This document shows positions 1 to 8,678 of a stretch of 64,000 bases of DNA, piece after piece. The first letter of the stretch is position 1. The number at the start of each line of letters is the position of its first letter. The DNA comes from an uncultured delta proteobacterium (GTDB taxonomy: Bacteria > Desulfobacterota > Binatia > Binatales > Binataceae). The notes beneath the pieces were generated by a model. It was not told the origin of the DNA. It ran no database searches and was given only the letters and a program-made list of their open reading frames with translations. Made by a program: the position numbers and the translations under genes. The stretch lies in the NCBI GenBank assembly GCA_963724765.1, contig CAVRVY010000004.1:32001-96000 (forward strand), given 5' to 3'.

Positions 1-145
1 CGTGCGCGACGCGATTGCACTGGGCGATCTCAGCGTGCGGCGGTGCGGCGGCGACCTCCTGATGGAGGCCGAAATCGTGAGCCGGCGCCGCGCGCTGTTG
101 CGGCGGGCCGAGCCGGGCGCGCTGGTCAGCCTACGGAGGCGGTGA
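1..145 (+). CDS. ribD: 3' end of riboflavin biosynthesis deaminase/reductase (partial)
   Basis: Frame 2 reads VRDAIALGDLSVRRCGGDLLMEAE..., resembling the RibD reductase C-terminus; TGA at 143-145; directly upstream of ribBA. Confidence 0.65.
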   Translation, partial: VRDAIALGDLSVRRCGGDLLMEAEIVSRRRALLRRAEPGALVSLRRR

Positions 146-168
146 TAATATTTGAGTTCGGAACTGTG

Positions 169-1386
169 ATGGTCACGTCGTCCAAATCGCTGGAGGAGAT
201 TTTCAGCCGCATTCGCGCCGCCCAGATGGTCCTGATGGTGATGGAGGAGGGCGAGGAGGCGGAGGGCGATCTCGTGATGGCCGGTGAGAAGGTGACGCCG
301 GAGCACGTCAACTTCATGGCGCGCCATGCCCGCGGTGTGGTCTCGGTGGCGTTGCCCGAGCGGCGGATGCGCGAGATGGGAATCCCGCTGGTCGCCTCCT
401 CCCGCAGCGAGCTTGCAGAGGAGCAGGCGGGCTCGCTGGTCGAGGCGCGCGAGGGCGTGACCACCGGAATTTCCGCGCACGACCGCGCTCGCACTATCCA
501 GGTGCTCGCCTCCGACAAGAGCGGCCCGCAGGACATCGTGATGCCCGGCCACGTGCTGCCACTGATGGCCCTGAGCGGCGGCGTCATGATGCGCCTGGGA
601 CGCGCAGAGTGCGCGGTCGACCTGATGCGGGCGGCCGGGATGCGGCCGTGCGGCGCGCTATGCATGGTGCTGCGCGAGGACGGCGATGTCGCGCGCCTGT
701 CCGAGTTGCGCGAGTTCGCCGAGACTCACGATCTGCCGATCCTGTTCGTCAAGGATCTGGTCTCTTATCGCCTCACCAACGAACTGCTGGTGCAGCGTGT
801 CGCCGACCTCGATTTTCCGATCGATTCGGGCGAGCTTAAGGCGGTGGTCTTTCGCAGCACGGTCGACGGCCGCGAGCATCTGGCGCTGGTCAAGGGCAAC
901 GTCGGCGGCGGGCGACCGGCGCTGGTGCGGCTCCATTCGCAATGCCTGACCGGCGATGTGTTTGGCTCGCAACGCTGTGACTGCGGCGAGCAACTGGCCG
1001 AATCGATCAAGCGGATCATGGCCGCCGAGGCCGGCGTGATCATCTACCTGCATCAGGAAGGGCGCGGAATCGGGCTGGCGAACAAGATCAAGGCCTACGC
1101 GCTGCAGGACCAGGGCCTCGATACGGTCGAAGCCAATTTGCAGCTCGGCTTCAAGGAGGACCTGCGCGACTACGGAATCGGCGCTCAGATTCTGCGCGAC
1201 CTCGGCGTCGGCGAGGCCAGGCTGCTGACCAACAATCCGCACAAGATCGAAAGCCTGCAAAGCTACGGCGTGCGCGTGAGCCGTGTGTCGCTCGAGGTCA
1301 CGCCGCACCTGGGCAATATCGATTACTTGCGCACCAAGAAAGAGAAGCTTGGCCATCTCTTCTCCAAGCTCAAGGTCATAACGTAG
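169..1386 (+). CDS. ribBA: GTP cyclohydrolase II with degenerate N-terminal DHBP synthase domain (RibBA architecture)
   Basis: GCH-II motifs RLHSQCLTGD, RCDCG, QEGRGIGL, LLTNNP intact; RibB-like N-domain (TTGISAHDR, PGH) with several catalytic positions altered; start 169 or GTG 142. Confidence 0.92.
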   Translation: MVTSSKSLEEIFSRIRAAQMVLMVMEEGEEAEGDLVMAGEKVTPEHVNFMARHARGVVSVALPERRMREMGIPLVASSRSELAEEQAGSLVEAREGVTTGISAHDRARTIQVLASDKSGPQDIVMPGHVLPLMALSGGVMMRLGRAECAVDLMRAAGMRPCGALCMVLREDGDVARLSELREFAETHDLPILFVKDLVSYRLTNELLVQRVADLDFPIDSGELKAVVFRSTVDGREHLALVKGNVGGGRPALVRLHSQCLTGDVFGSQRCDCGEQLAESIKRIMAAEAGVIIYLHQEGRGIGLANKIKAYALQDQGLDTVEANLQLGFKEDLRDYGIGAQILRDLGVGEARLLTNNPHKIESLQSYGVRVSRVSLEVTPHLGNIDYLRTKKEKLGHLFSKLKVIT

Positions 1387-1457
1387 CTTGCGCCGCTGCT
1401 CCCCGGGCGGAGCCTGCGCGACCGGCGCAAGTAGCGGACGACCGACGGGTTTTTCTG

Positions 1458-1913
1458 ATGGGACTCAGACATCTGGGGCGAGAGCTCGCGCTCAAAGCCC
1501 TGTACCAGATAGATATCAGCGGCGGCAGCTCGCGCGAGGAGCTCGCTCTGTTGTTCGACGGCTTCAATGCTGACGATCGCGCGCGCAAGTTCGCAGTCGA
1601 ACTGGTCGCGGGGGTCGAGCGCGAGCGAGCGACGCTCGACCAGCATCTGGCTGGCGCGCTGGAGCATTGGACGATTGGGCGACTCTCGCGGGTGGACCAT
1701 AATATCCTGCGGATCGGGTTGTACGAGCTGCTATGGATGAACGAAATTCCGGCGCGCGTCACGATGGACGAGGCGATCGAGCTGGCCAAGGCCTACGGCG
1801 ATCAGGAATCGGGACGCTTCGTCAACGGCGTGCTGGATGAGCTTGCGGGGCGGCTGGGATTCAAGCAAAAGGGTGAGGAACGTGGCGAGCGAGGCTTTGA
1901 CAAAGCGCACTAG
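1458..1913 (+). CDS. nusB: Transcription antitermination factor NusB
   Basis: RELALKALYQ, DHNILR, DEAIELAKAYG, FVNGVLD motifs. Confidence 0.95.
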   Translation: MGLRHLGRELALKALYQIDISGGSSREELALLFDGFNADDRARKFAVELVAGVERERATLDQHLAGALEHWTIGRLSRVDHNILRIGLYELLWMNEIPARVTMDEAIELAKAYGDQESGRFVNGVLDELAGRLGFKQKGEERGERGFDKAH

Positions 1914-2092
1914 GATTTGTGCTTCTAGTGCGGCAAGTTTCAAATTCGTTGAATAAAATTCTCCGTCGATCATCGCTCTTTGGCCCGTTGCGCTTTGGCC
2001 TTTTGTGTCATCCTGAGCGAAGGCTGCCGGAGTCGAAGGATCTCGCGCGGTCTTCCGCGCGATAACCGTTGGTGGCGTGAGGCGGTCAACGG

Positions 2093-3172
2093 ATGGCGGT
2101 CGAAACGGCGCTTTCCATTCTCCGTGCGGGCGAACGTGCGACGCTCGCATCGGCGATCGTAATCAGCGGCCCTCACGCGTTTTTGCGCGAATACGTCTTC
2201 GACACTGTGCGGCGGCGGATGCTGCGGCAGGGGATGAAGTACCGCGGCTTCCAGGTGGGCGGCGCAGAGGGCTTCGACGCCGCGCTCGCGGAGTTGCGCG
2301 AAGCCGACCTGTTCGCGCCGGTGCGGGTCGTCGGATGCCGCGTGCTGCGTTCGCATCGCGGCGGCGGAGAACAGAATGACGACGGCGGCGACGAAGGCGC
2401 AGCGTCCGGCAAATCGCGCTCGGGCGCGGGCGGCAGTGAAGCGGCGCTCGCCGAGGCGCTCGAGACGATGCGCGGTCCGGGAGCGCTGATCGTCGTTTAT
2501 GAGCGCGATACGGCGCCGGCCAAAATCCGCCGCGCAGTAGAGCAGGGCGGGCTTGCGATAAACTGCCCGCGCGCCTACGACAACCAGCTCATGCAATTCG
2601 CCGAAGCCTTCGCCCGCGTCCAGGATTTGCGCCTCGGACCCGGCGTCGCCGAACTGCTGATTTCGCGCCACGCCGGCGACCTCTCCGCGATCGCCAACAC
2701 GCTCGCCAAGGCCGCGATCCATCGCGAGCCCGGGGCTACGCTCAGCCCGGCCGACCTCGGCGAGCCGGCGGCGGCCAAAATTCCCGATCTGTTCGAGCTG
2801 GCCGAGGCGCTCTCGAACGGGCGTGCGGCGGCCGCGCTTGCGGTGCTGGGGCGCGCGATCGCCGCGGGGCGCGATCCGTTCGAATTGCTGGCGGTCGAGA
2901 TCGCCCCGGTGATGCGGCGGATGATGCTGGCGGCGTCGATGGCGGCGCACAAGCAGAGCGCGCCGCAAATCGCCGCGGCGCTCGGGATGTCGCCGTCAAG
3001 CCCGCTCGCGATGCGCGCGATCGAGGGTGCGCGCCGCTTCGGGATGGTGCGGCTGACTGAGGCCTATCGGCGGGTCGTGCAACTCGACGCCGACTTCAAA
3101 AACGGACGAATCAAGGAGCGCGAAGAGGCGCTGGCCGGGATGCTGCTCGAGCTGATGTCGCCGCGGGTCTAA
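2093..3172 (+). CDS. holA: DNA polymerase III delta subunit
   Basis: Length, DLFAP and LDADFKNG-like motifs, convergent with rpsT (conserved synteny). Confidence 0.75.
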   Translation: MAVETALSILRAGERATLASAIVISGPHAFLREYVFDTVRRRMLRQGMKYRGFQVGGAEGFDAALAELREADLFAPVRVVGCRVLRSHRGGGEQNDDGGDEGAASGKSRSGAGGSEAALAEALETMRGPGALIVVYERDTAPAKIRRAVEQGGLAINCPRAYDNQLMQFAEAFARVQDLRLGPGVAELLISRHAGDLSAIANTLAKAAIHREPGATLSPADLGEPAAAKIPDLFELAEALSNGRAAAALAVLGRAIAAGRDPFELLAVEIAPVMRRMMLAASMAAHKQSAPQIAAALGMSPSSPLAMRAIEGARRFGMVRLTEAYRRVVQLDADFKNGRIKEREEALAGMLLELMSPRV

Positions 3173-3176
3173 GCGA

Positions 3177-3467
3177 TCAGGCTTTGGCGGCGGCGCCGTG
3201 CTTGCGATGCAACGCGCGGGAGAGCCGCGCGATCTTGCGCGACACGGTGTTGCGATGGAGCGCACCCTTGCCGGCGGCCTTGCAGAGCACGCGGGTCGCC
3301 TGGCGCAGCTCCTGCGTGGCGCTGGCGGCGTCGGTGCCCTCGATCGCCTTGACGGCCTGTTTGACTGCGCTGTGTACGCGGGTCTTTATCGCACGATTGC
3401 GGTCGCGCCGCTTGAGGCTCTGGCGATGGCGCTTCTCTGCTGACGGGTGAACTGGAATATGCGGCAT
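3177..3467 (-). CDS. rpsT: 30S ribosomal protein S20
   Basis: SAEKRHRQSLKRRDRN and KGALHRNTVSRKIARL motifs. Confidence 0.95.
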   Translation of the reverse strand: MPHIPVHPSAEKRHRQSLKRRDRNRAIKTRVHSAVKQAVKAIEGTDAASATQELRQATRVLCKAAGKGALHRNTVSRKIARLSRALHRKHGAAAKA

Positions 3468-3529
3468 AACCAGTCTTAGCTAACAGTGCCAGCGCGCCAG
3501 GTCAATACGCGGCGAATTTGGGTAGTGTC

Positions 3530-4029
3530 CTAATTTGAATTCTGGCGAGGCCGGGTAGGCTGTTCAGGAAGTGGGCGCAACTTATTTTCGCGCTCCTTCC
3601 GTTGTTCTGTCCGACCGTAAATAAGCGCGCCGATAAGCGAACCTACCGCGAGAATGATTGCAGCAAAGCCTTCAAGACTTCTCCCTTCTGCGAGTAAATA
3701 GACACCACCGCAGATCACAACGAGTGCGAGAATGAAGGCGAACCATTGACCTCGGCCTTGTGCTTTGCAGTTGCTCTCAACAACCGCCTTTTCAAGCCCC
3801 TGCCTGTGTGCCGACTGCCTTTCTGCCATAGCAACGACGCGCTCAGCGCAACCCAAGCGAACGCGTCGTTGTAACCTTTGAGAAGTTGAGGTGGTGGTAA
3901 AGGCCCAGAGAACTGGAAAGTTTGCTGAACTCTTAATTCGGTAGTTGATCGGCCGGATGCTTCCGCTGGCTCTGAACCCTCGTCGTCAATCTCCGGCTCT
4001 ACCGAATCGTCGTCGTCATTTTCGGCCAT
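3530..4029 (-). pseudogene. DUF2335-like membrane protein, frameshifted near 3855
   Basis: FSGPLPPPQLLKGYND in ORF 3715..4029 continues as GCAERVVAMAERQSAHRQ plus two TM helices in ORF 3530..3856. Confidence 0.8.
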
Positions 4030-4360
4030 GCGCTTGCTTTAAGGGGGTAGCAGTTGCCCTCTTTCTGTGAACAGAATAATCAGTCGCCTTACCGCATGAC
4101 GGGCACACAGAGCGGCCGTCTATCCTTTTTTCCATATTTCCAGATTCATCTTGGTGGACCAAAAACCAAGAATCCCTAAGGGTTTGGCCAACGATGCGCC
4201 AATCGCTATAAAGCGCACGCATATCGGCCTCTTCGGTCGTCCGGCTCACGTTGTAGTCGTCAAATTTGCCCCACAGATCTAGGGCGCGGCCAACTCCCGA
4301 CCAGAACGAGGGTCGCGCATAGAGGAAATCTGCACGGACATCTCTTTCTTCATCACCCAT
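4016..4360 (-). CDS. Hypothetical passenger protein coupled to the DUF2335 gene; C-terminal CxxC
   Basis: ATG ORF overlapping the next start; ADMRALYSDWRIVG motif. Confidence 0.65.
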   Translation of the reverse strand: MGDEERDVRADFLYARPSFWSGVGRALDLWGKFDDYNVSRTTEEADMRALYSDWRIVGQTLRDSWFLVHQDESGNMEKRIDGRSVCPSCGKATDYSVHRKRATATPLKQAHGRK

Positions 4361-4392
4361 GTTTTATATTCTATAGGACAATACCCCTCGAA

Positions 4393-5235
4393 TCAGCAAG
4401 CAAAAGAGCCCTCCTCTCTGGCCGCTTCCAACAGGGTTTCGATAGACCATAGCCGATCCGTGACGCCAGCGGCCATTGCCGGCGTACAGCACAGCGTCCG
4501 ATGGACGCGGACGAAATTGTAATGGGCGAAGTGGAGACAGACCGCCGCTGCGTGATTCACCCGTTTCTTGCTGAAACCGTTGGTCAGCCGTGTAAATCGG
4601 CGCATCTGCATCCGCATGGTTAAATTCCGCTTAACATACGACGTTGAAATGTGCTCATCATCGGGATTGCCGATGATTGGATCGCGTTCGCACTTCATCA
4701 ATATCGACGGAGAGTAGCGGCCACGGCCAGCATTCAACTCCGACGCAAAAACCTTATGAATCTGTGCATAATCGACGTTATTGCCGAACACTTCCATGAT
4801 CGTCCCGTAATACGGCTGAAAAGCATCGCTAGTGATTTGCGGCCTGTTTACAATCCGTCCCTTCAAATCCGCGATGAATTCAGCGTTATCACTCATAGGG
4901 CGTCTTCCGACATGGAAGCTCGGCACTAGCTTGGTATCCGCATCAATGGCAACGAAAGTATAAACGTCACCAAATTCGTCCGTCTTATTGAGCATTCTGG
5001 CGGTTTTCTGCTTCATCCCGACACACGCCCAAATCTCATCAAGCTGGAGACGCTTGCAAGTAAGGCCGCGCATCACGTTGTCCATCAGCCGGTCGCAGCC
5101 GTCACCGACGCTCACCGCCAATCGCATAATGGTGTCTCTGTGAATGCCGGTCATCCTTTCGATGCTACGAATGGAGTTGCCTTCAACTAGTGCTGCAATG
5201 ACTTGACACTGGCATTCACGATCCAGCTTGTTCAT
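4393..5235 (-). CDS. IS1-family DDE transposase, probably inactive
   Basis: N-terminal HTH (VEGNSIRSIERMTGIHRDT), QLDEIW, ITSD, MRMQMRRFTRLTNGFSKK, TPAMAAG; true start MNKLD at 5235. Confidence 0.88.
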   Translation of the reverse strand: MNKLDRECQCQVIAALVEGNSIRSIERMTGIHRDTIMRLAVSVGDGCDRLMDNVMRGLTCKRLQLDEIWACVGMKQKTARMLNKTDEFGDVYTFVAIDADTKLVPSFHVGRRPMSDNAEFIADLKGRIVNRPQITSDAFQPYYGTIMEVFGNNVDYAQIHKVFASELNAGRGRYSPSILMKCERDPIIGNPDDEHISTSYVKRNLTMRMQMRRFTRLTNGFSKKRVNHAAAVCLHFAHYNFVRVHRTLCCTPAMAAGVTDRLWSIETLLEAAREEGSFAC

Positions 5236-5242
5236 ACAAGCA

Positions 5243-5271
5243 AATATACTTGAGCGCATATGCAATATCAA
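5243..5271 (-). promoter_or_regulatory. Sigma70-like promoter, probably leaderless, for the transposase
   Basis: TTGATA-17 bp-TATATT ending 7 nt before ATG 5235. Confidence 0.55.
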
Positions 5272-5370
5272 GCGGATATGCTTGACCACTACTAAGAGAC
5301 AGTTGAGGAAAACTCCGAACCATGCTACAAGAATCAAAGGATCGGAATGCTCCGTGGTTGATGGTAGTTT

Positions 5371-5443
5371 CACGCCCGAGAGGAATTGAACCTCCATCTA
5401 CCGGATTCGAATCCGGTGCTCTGGCCAATTGAGCTACGGGCGC
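5371..5443 (-). tRNA. tRNA-Arg(TCG)-like gene with abnormal 6-nt anticodon loop (possible pseudo-tRNA)
   Basis: Acceptor GCGCCCG/CGGGCGT, D-arm GCTC/GAGC, anticodon arm CCGGA-TTCGAA-TCCGG, T-arm GGAGG-TTCAATT-CCTCT; no encoded CCA. Confidence 0.75.
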
Positions 5444-5496
5444 AAACTCGATCCAGAACCGCTTTGGCGCTGGCACGCTGAGGCGGTTCGCTTTTT

Positions 5497-5940
5497 CTAG
5501 CTGCTATTCACAGTGCCTTCCTTACCGTTGGCTGCCAGAGTTCCCACTAAACTAGCGAACTTTACTCGGCCCTGGTCTGTCAAAGAATATGTCGTTACGT
5601 ACCGTTTATTGACATATCCCGGCCTTCGGTTAATAAGACCTTCAAAATCCAGTTTCTTGCGCTCGCACCACTTTTTGAGGGTGCGCAAGACTGGCGGTAA
5701 ACTCTTTGCTCCAATACCGAGCTCAAGGGCTAGCTGGTCGGTATTGAGGCCGGAAGTGGATTTCAACAGAGCGTTTAGGAACAGCTTGGTGGGTTCGGTC
5801 AGCTCGATAGCTTTGGGTGCTGTTGGCTTAGTCCGATCAACCGAGCGAGGTTTCTGTGTTGGCCGCCTAGATTGCAGCTTGCGCAATTCCTCGATGGTGT
5901 CGCACTCGACAACGCCGTTGGACAACATTCGAAAAGCCAT
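5497..5940 (-). CDS. Hypothetical passenger protein, possible winged-helix
   Basis: Basic ORF with LNTDQLALELG and YSLTDQGR wHTH-like segments. Confidence 0.6.
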   Translation of the reverse strand: MAFRMLSNGVVECDTIEELRKLQSRRPTQKPRSVDRTKPTAPKAIELTEPTKLFLNALLKSTSGLNTDQLALELGIGAKSLPPVLRTLKKWCERKKLDFEGLINRRPGYVNKRYVTTYSLTDQGRVKFASLVGTLAANGKEGTVNSS

Positions 5941-5980
5941 ACGGAAGAAATAGCACAGTTGATGCGGGTCCGCAATCTAT

Positions 5981-6271
5981 CTACTGTGCGGTATCGCCCT
6001 TATCGGCTGTGTGTGAAGGGAGTCCTTGCTGTTGCGGACGTTTCCAGCGCGCAACGGCCGCTTTGCGCGCAATTTCCTTGCGCTTCTTGGCCGACAGCTT
6101 TTCAGCGCGAGCACGTCCGCCCTTCAACCCGCCGAGCCGTCCGAGCGCTACTGCGTTCGGATTTTTGGTTGGATCTTGTTCTTCGACAGGAAGATCACCT
6201 GAAATCGCGTCGATGAGGTTGGCCGCCATCTGGTTAACGTCCGGTTTGCCGGTTCTTGAGCGCTTAGGCAT
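5981..6271 (-). CDS. Small basic KGG-motif protein of the type often found with IS1/IS1595-like elements
   Basis: KNPNAVALGRLGGLKGGRARAEKLSAKKRKEIARKAAVARW. Confidence 0.8.
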   Translation of the reverse strand: MPKRSRTGKPDVNQMAANLIDAISGDLPVEEQDPTKNPNAVALGRLGGLKGGRARAEKLSAKKRKEIARKAAVARWKRPQQQGLPSHTADKGDTAQ

Positions 6272-6412
6272 CCATCAATGATGCATGGATGCCGCAATTC
6301 TGGCAAATTCAAATTAGGACATTACCCGAATTTGGGTCCCGGCGGCACGCCACTAACGATTCGTTAAAGGTTCTACCTTTAACTTGTCTAGACCGCGGGA
6401 TAAAACCTGATC

Positions 6413-6688
6413 ATGAAAGCTCGCCACGCAACCGTGCTCGTCCTGGTCGGATGGTATCTACTAAGCCCGGCATCTCCATCTGGAAGCTCCGGTTATCTGA
6501 GTAGGCTTCAAGACCGAGTGTTCGGACCGGCCTCGATCCCCCCGATGTCGGAGTGGAATCAATTGGGCGCTTTTGACACAGCGGAAAGATGCGAGGCCGC
6601 GAAAATTCAAATCGGGAATTCCGGCGGAGAGAATATCGGTCAAGCCGTTTGTATTGCTTCGGACGATCCTCGCTTAAAAAGAAATTAG
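6413..6688 (+). CDS. Small secreted two-Cys protein, GWYL...CIAxDDPRLK family (copy 1)
   Basis: Signal-like N-terminus; paralogous to 23444..23662 and 38017..38313. Confidence 0.75.
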   Translation: MKARHATVLVLVGWYLLSPASPSGSSGYLSRLQDRVFGPASIPPMSEWNQLGAFDTAERCEAAKIQIGNSGGENIGQAVCIASDDPRLKRN

Positions 6689-6952
6689 GGCACTCTTCTT
6701 TTAAACTTACGATAAATCCGCCTCACGGAAAAAAATCAGAACGAGGAAGCGCCACAGAGGACAGACATCCGCGCTTCCTCGCTCGCCCGTCACCCTTTCC
6801 CTCCGGCAAGACAATAGGTGGAGGGAGTCAGGGGCGCTTGACCGCTGATCTTCAGATCCCTTTTCTTGAAACAGATAGAGGTTTCAGGTCCGGGATGTGG
6901 GCGGAGCCGCGGACCGCGTACTCGCCTAAATTGGCGTGAAATATGATGGGAG

Positions 6953-7765
6953 TCAGCGGCTCTCGTCGTCCTCCAGGCGCCGCTTGGCCTCCTGCCAGAG
7001 ACTCTCCACCTGCTGCGGCTCGAGCTTCGCAAGTTCGAGCTTGCGCGCGGCGGCGACTCGCTCGACCTCCCTGAAGCGCTCGATGAACTTGTCGCAGGCG
7101 CGTCTAAGCGTCGTTTCCGCATCATGACCGACGAAACGGGGCGCGTTGGCCAGCGCGAGCATCGCGTCGCCCATCTCCTCCGCCGCATGGTCGCGGTCGC
7201 CGCGCACAAGCGCCACGCGCGCCTCCGCGATCTCTTCGTCGACCTTATCGAGCACCGCGGCCGCCCCCGCCCAGTCCATCCCGGCGCCCCGCGCCCGCTC
7301 GCCGAGCTTTTGCGCTCGCGTCAGCGCCGGCAGCGCGCGCGCCACGCCGTCGAGCGCAGAGATCGCGCCCGCTGCCGCGCGCTCCTGTTGCTTGAGCTTG
7401 TCCCAGTTCTGGATGACTTCGGCCGAGCTTTCCGCCGCGACCCCTGCGTAGACGTGGGGATGGCGCCGCACGAGTTTCTCGCGTGCCCGCCGGAGCATCG
7501 CCGCGACGCTGAGGCCCCGTTGCTCTTCGGCAATATTCGCCGCGAACATCACCTGCACCAGCAGGTCGCCGAGTTCGTCGTCGATCTCGCGATCGCCGCC
7601 GTGCTCAATTGCGTCGGCGGCTTCGTAGGCTTCCTCAACCAAATGGCGCGAAGCGGTCGCGAGCGTCTGCTCGCGGTCCCATGGGCATCGCTGCCGCAGT
7701 TCGCGGACGACTTCGAGCAGCGCGAGAAATTCTTCCGCCGCCCCGCGCGTCGCTGCATCATCCAT
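6953..7765 (-). CDS. mazG: Nucleoside triphosphate pyrophosphohydrolase MazG
   Basis: CPWDREQT, EEAYE, DELGDLL, RRHPHV, second EEMGD domain. Confidence 0.95.
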   Translation of the reverse strand: MDDAATRGAAEEFLALLEVVRELRQRCPWDREQTLATASRHLVEEAYEAADAIEHGGDREIDDELGDLLVQVMFAANIAEEQRGLSVAAMLRRAREKLVRRHPHVYAGVAAESSAEVIQNWDKLKQQERAAAGAISALDGVARALPALTRAQKLGERARGAGMDWAGAAAVLDKVDEEIAEARVALVRGDRDHAAEEMGDAMLALANAPRFVGHDAETTLRRACDKFIERFREVERVAAARKLELAKLEPQQVESLWQEAKRRLEDDESR

Positions 7766-7784
7766 GACTTAGAATCAGCCCGGT

Positions 7785-8447
7785 CTACGCCGTGATCACT
7801 GGTTGGATGACTTTTTCCATCAGAAACGCCGACAAGTCCTTCAGCGCATCCACCGTGATCTCGTGCGCACAGTCATATTCGCGATAAGTCATTGGCATCT
7901 TGAAGGTGCGCAGGCGCTCGACTGACTGGCGCGCCTTGGTTATCTCGATCATGTTGTCGGCGCGCCCATGCTGCACCAGCGTGAGCATCTGCGCGAGCGC
8001 GTCGCGATTGCCGGCGTGCTCGGCCAGCTCCTCGGGAAACCAGGTCGAGAGCGCGACCAGCGCGGCGAAGCGCTCGGGATGGCGAACCGCGAGGTTGTAG
8101 GCCATCACGCCGCCCTGGCTGAAGCCCATCACGATGAGCTTGCGGCGGTCGATAGGGTAGCGCTCGAGCGCGGCGTCCACGAAGCGCATCAGGCGGTCGG
8201 CCGCCTGGCCCATCGCTCCCATGTCTGGCGGCGCGCCCATCCGTAACTGGTACCATCCGTAACCGTTGACCGCGCCGATCTCGAGTTCGAGCGGGCCTTG
8301 CGGACATAGCGTCAAGCATCGCCCACCCGCGATGTACGGCGCGAGACCCATCAGGTCGAGTGCGTTGGAACCCCATCCGTGCATCGCGAGAATCGCCGGA
8401 TGCGGCCCGTCGCCGGCCGGCTCGAAGGCGGCGTGAACCAGGTCCAT
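7785..8447 (-). CDS. Phospholipase/carboxylesterase (alpha/beta hydrolase)
   Basis: HGWG, GFSQGG nucleophile, HGxxD and AHEI motifs; GGAGG RBS before 8447. Confidence 0.85.
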   Translation of the reverse strand: MDLVHAAFEPAGDGPHPAILAMHGWGSNALDLMGLAPYIAGGRCLTLCPQGPLELEIGAVNGYGWYQLRMGAPPDMGAMGQAADRLMRFVDAALERYPIDRRKLIVMGFSQGGVMAYNLAVRHPERFAALVALSTWFPEELAEHAGNRDALAQMLTLVQHGRADNMIEITKARQSVERLRTFKMPMTYREYDCAHEITVDALKDLSAFLMEKVIQPVITA

Positions 8448-8678
8448 GCGCAAAGCCTCCTCGATTCGAGTTGGAGCCATCATAGACTGCCGCCGCCGCC
8501 GCCTGCCAGTTGCGCCCGTGAGGCTATTCAAGGTGCGCCGATTCTTGCAATGCTGTGCGTCGTCGCGACCGCTTGGCCGCGCGCCGGGAATATAAGGCGG
8601 GGGGAGGAAGAGACAGTGGTGAGGTGCGATTGTGTTCCGCGCGCAAGTGCCGAGGCGCCGCGACGGATCGCCTCGCGC

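Larger units (their letters stand above)
3521..6326 (-). mobile_element. IS1-family transporter element with passenger genes (2806 bp)
   Basis: TIRs GGTAGTGTCCTAATTTGAATT (3521-3541) and AATTCAAATTAGGACATTACC (6306-6326), 20/21 match; perfect 8-bp TSD CGAATTTG at 3513-3520 and 6327-6334; lower GC; internal transposase. Confidence 0.92.

Noticed and set aside
5236-5397. N-terminal extension of the transposase in the ORF track
   Set aside because: Overlaps the tRNA-like gene and promoter; family similarity begins at MNKLD
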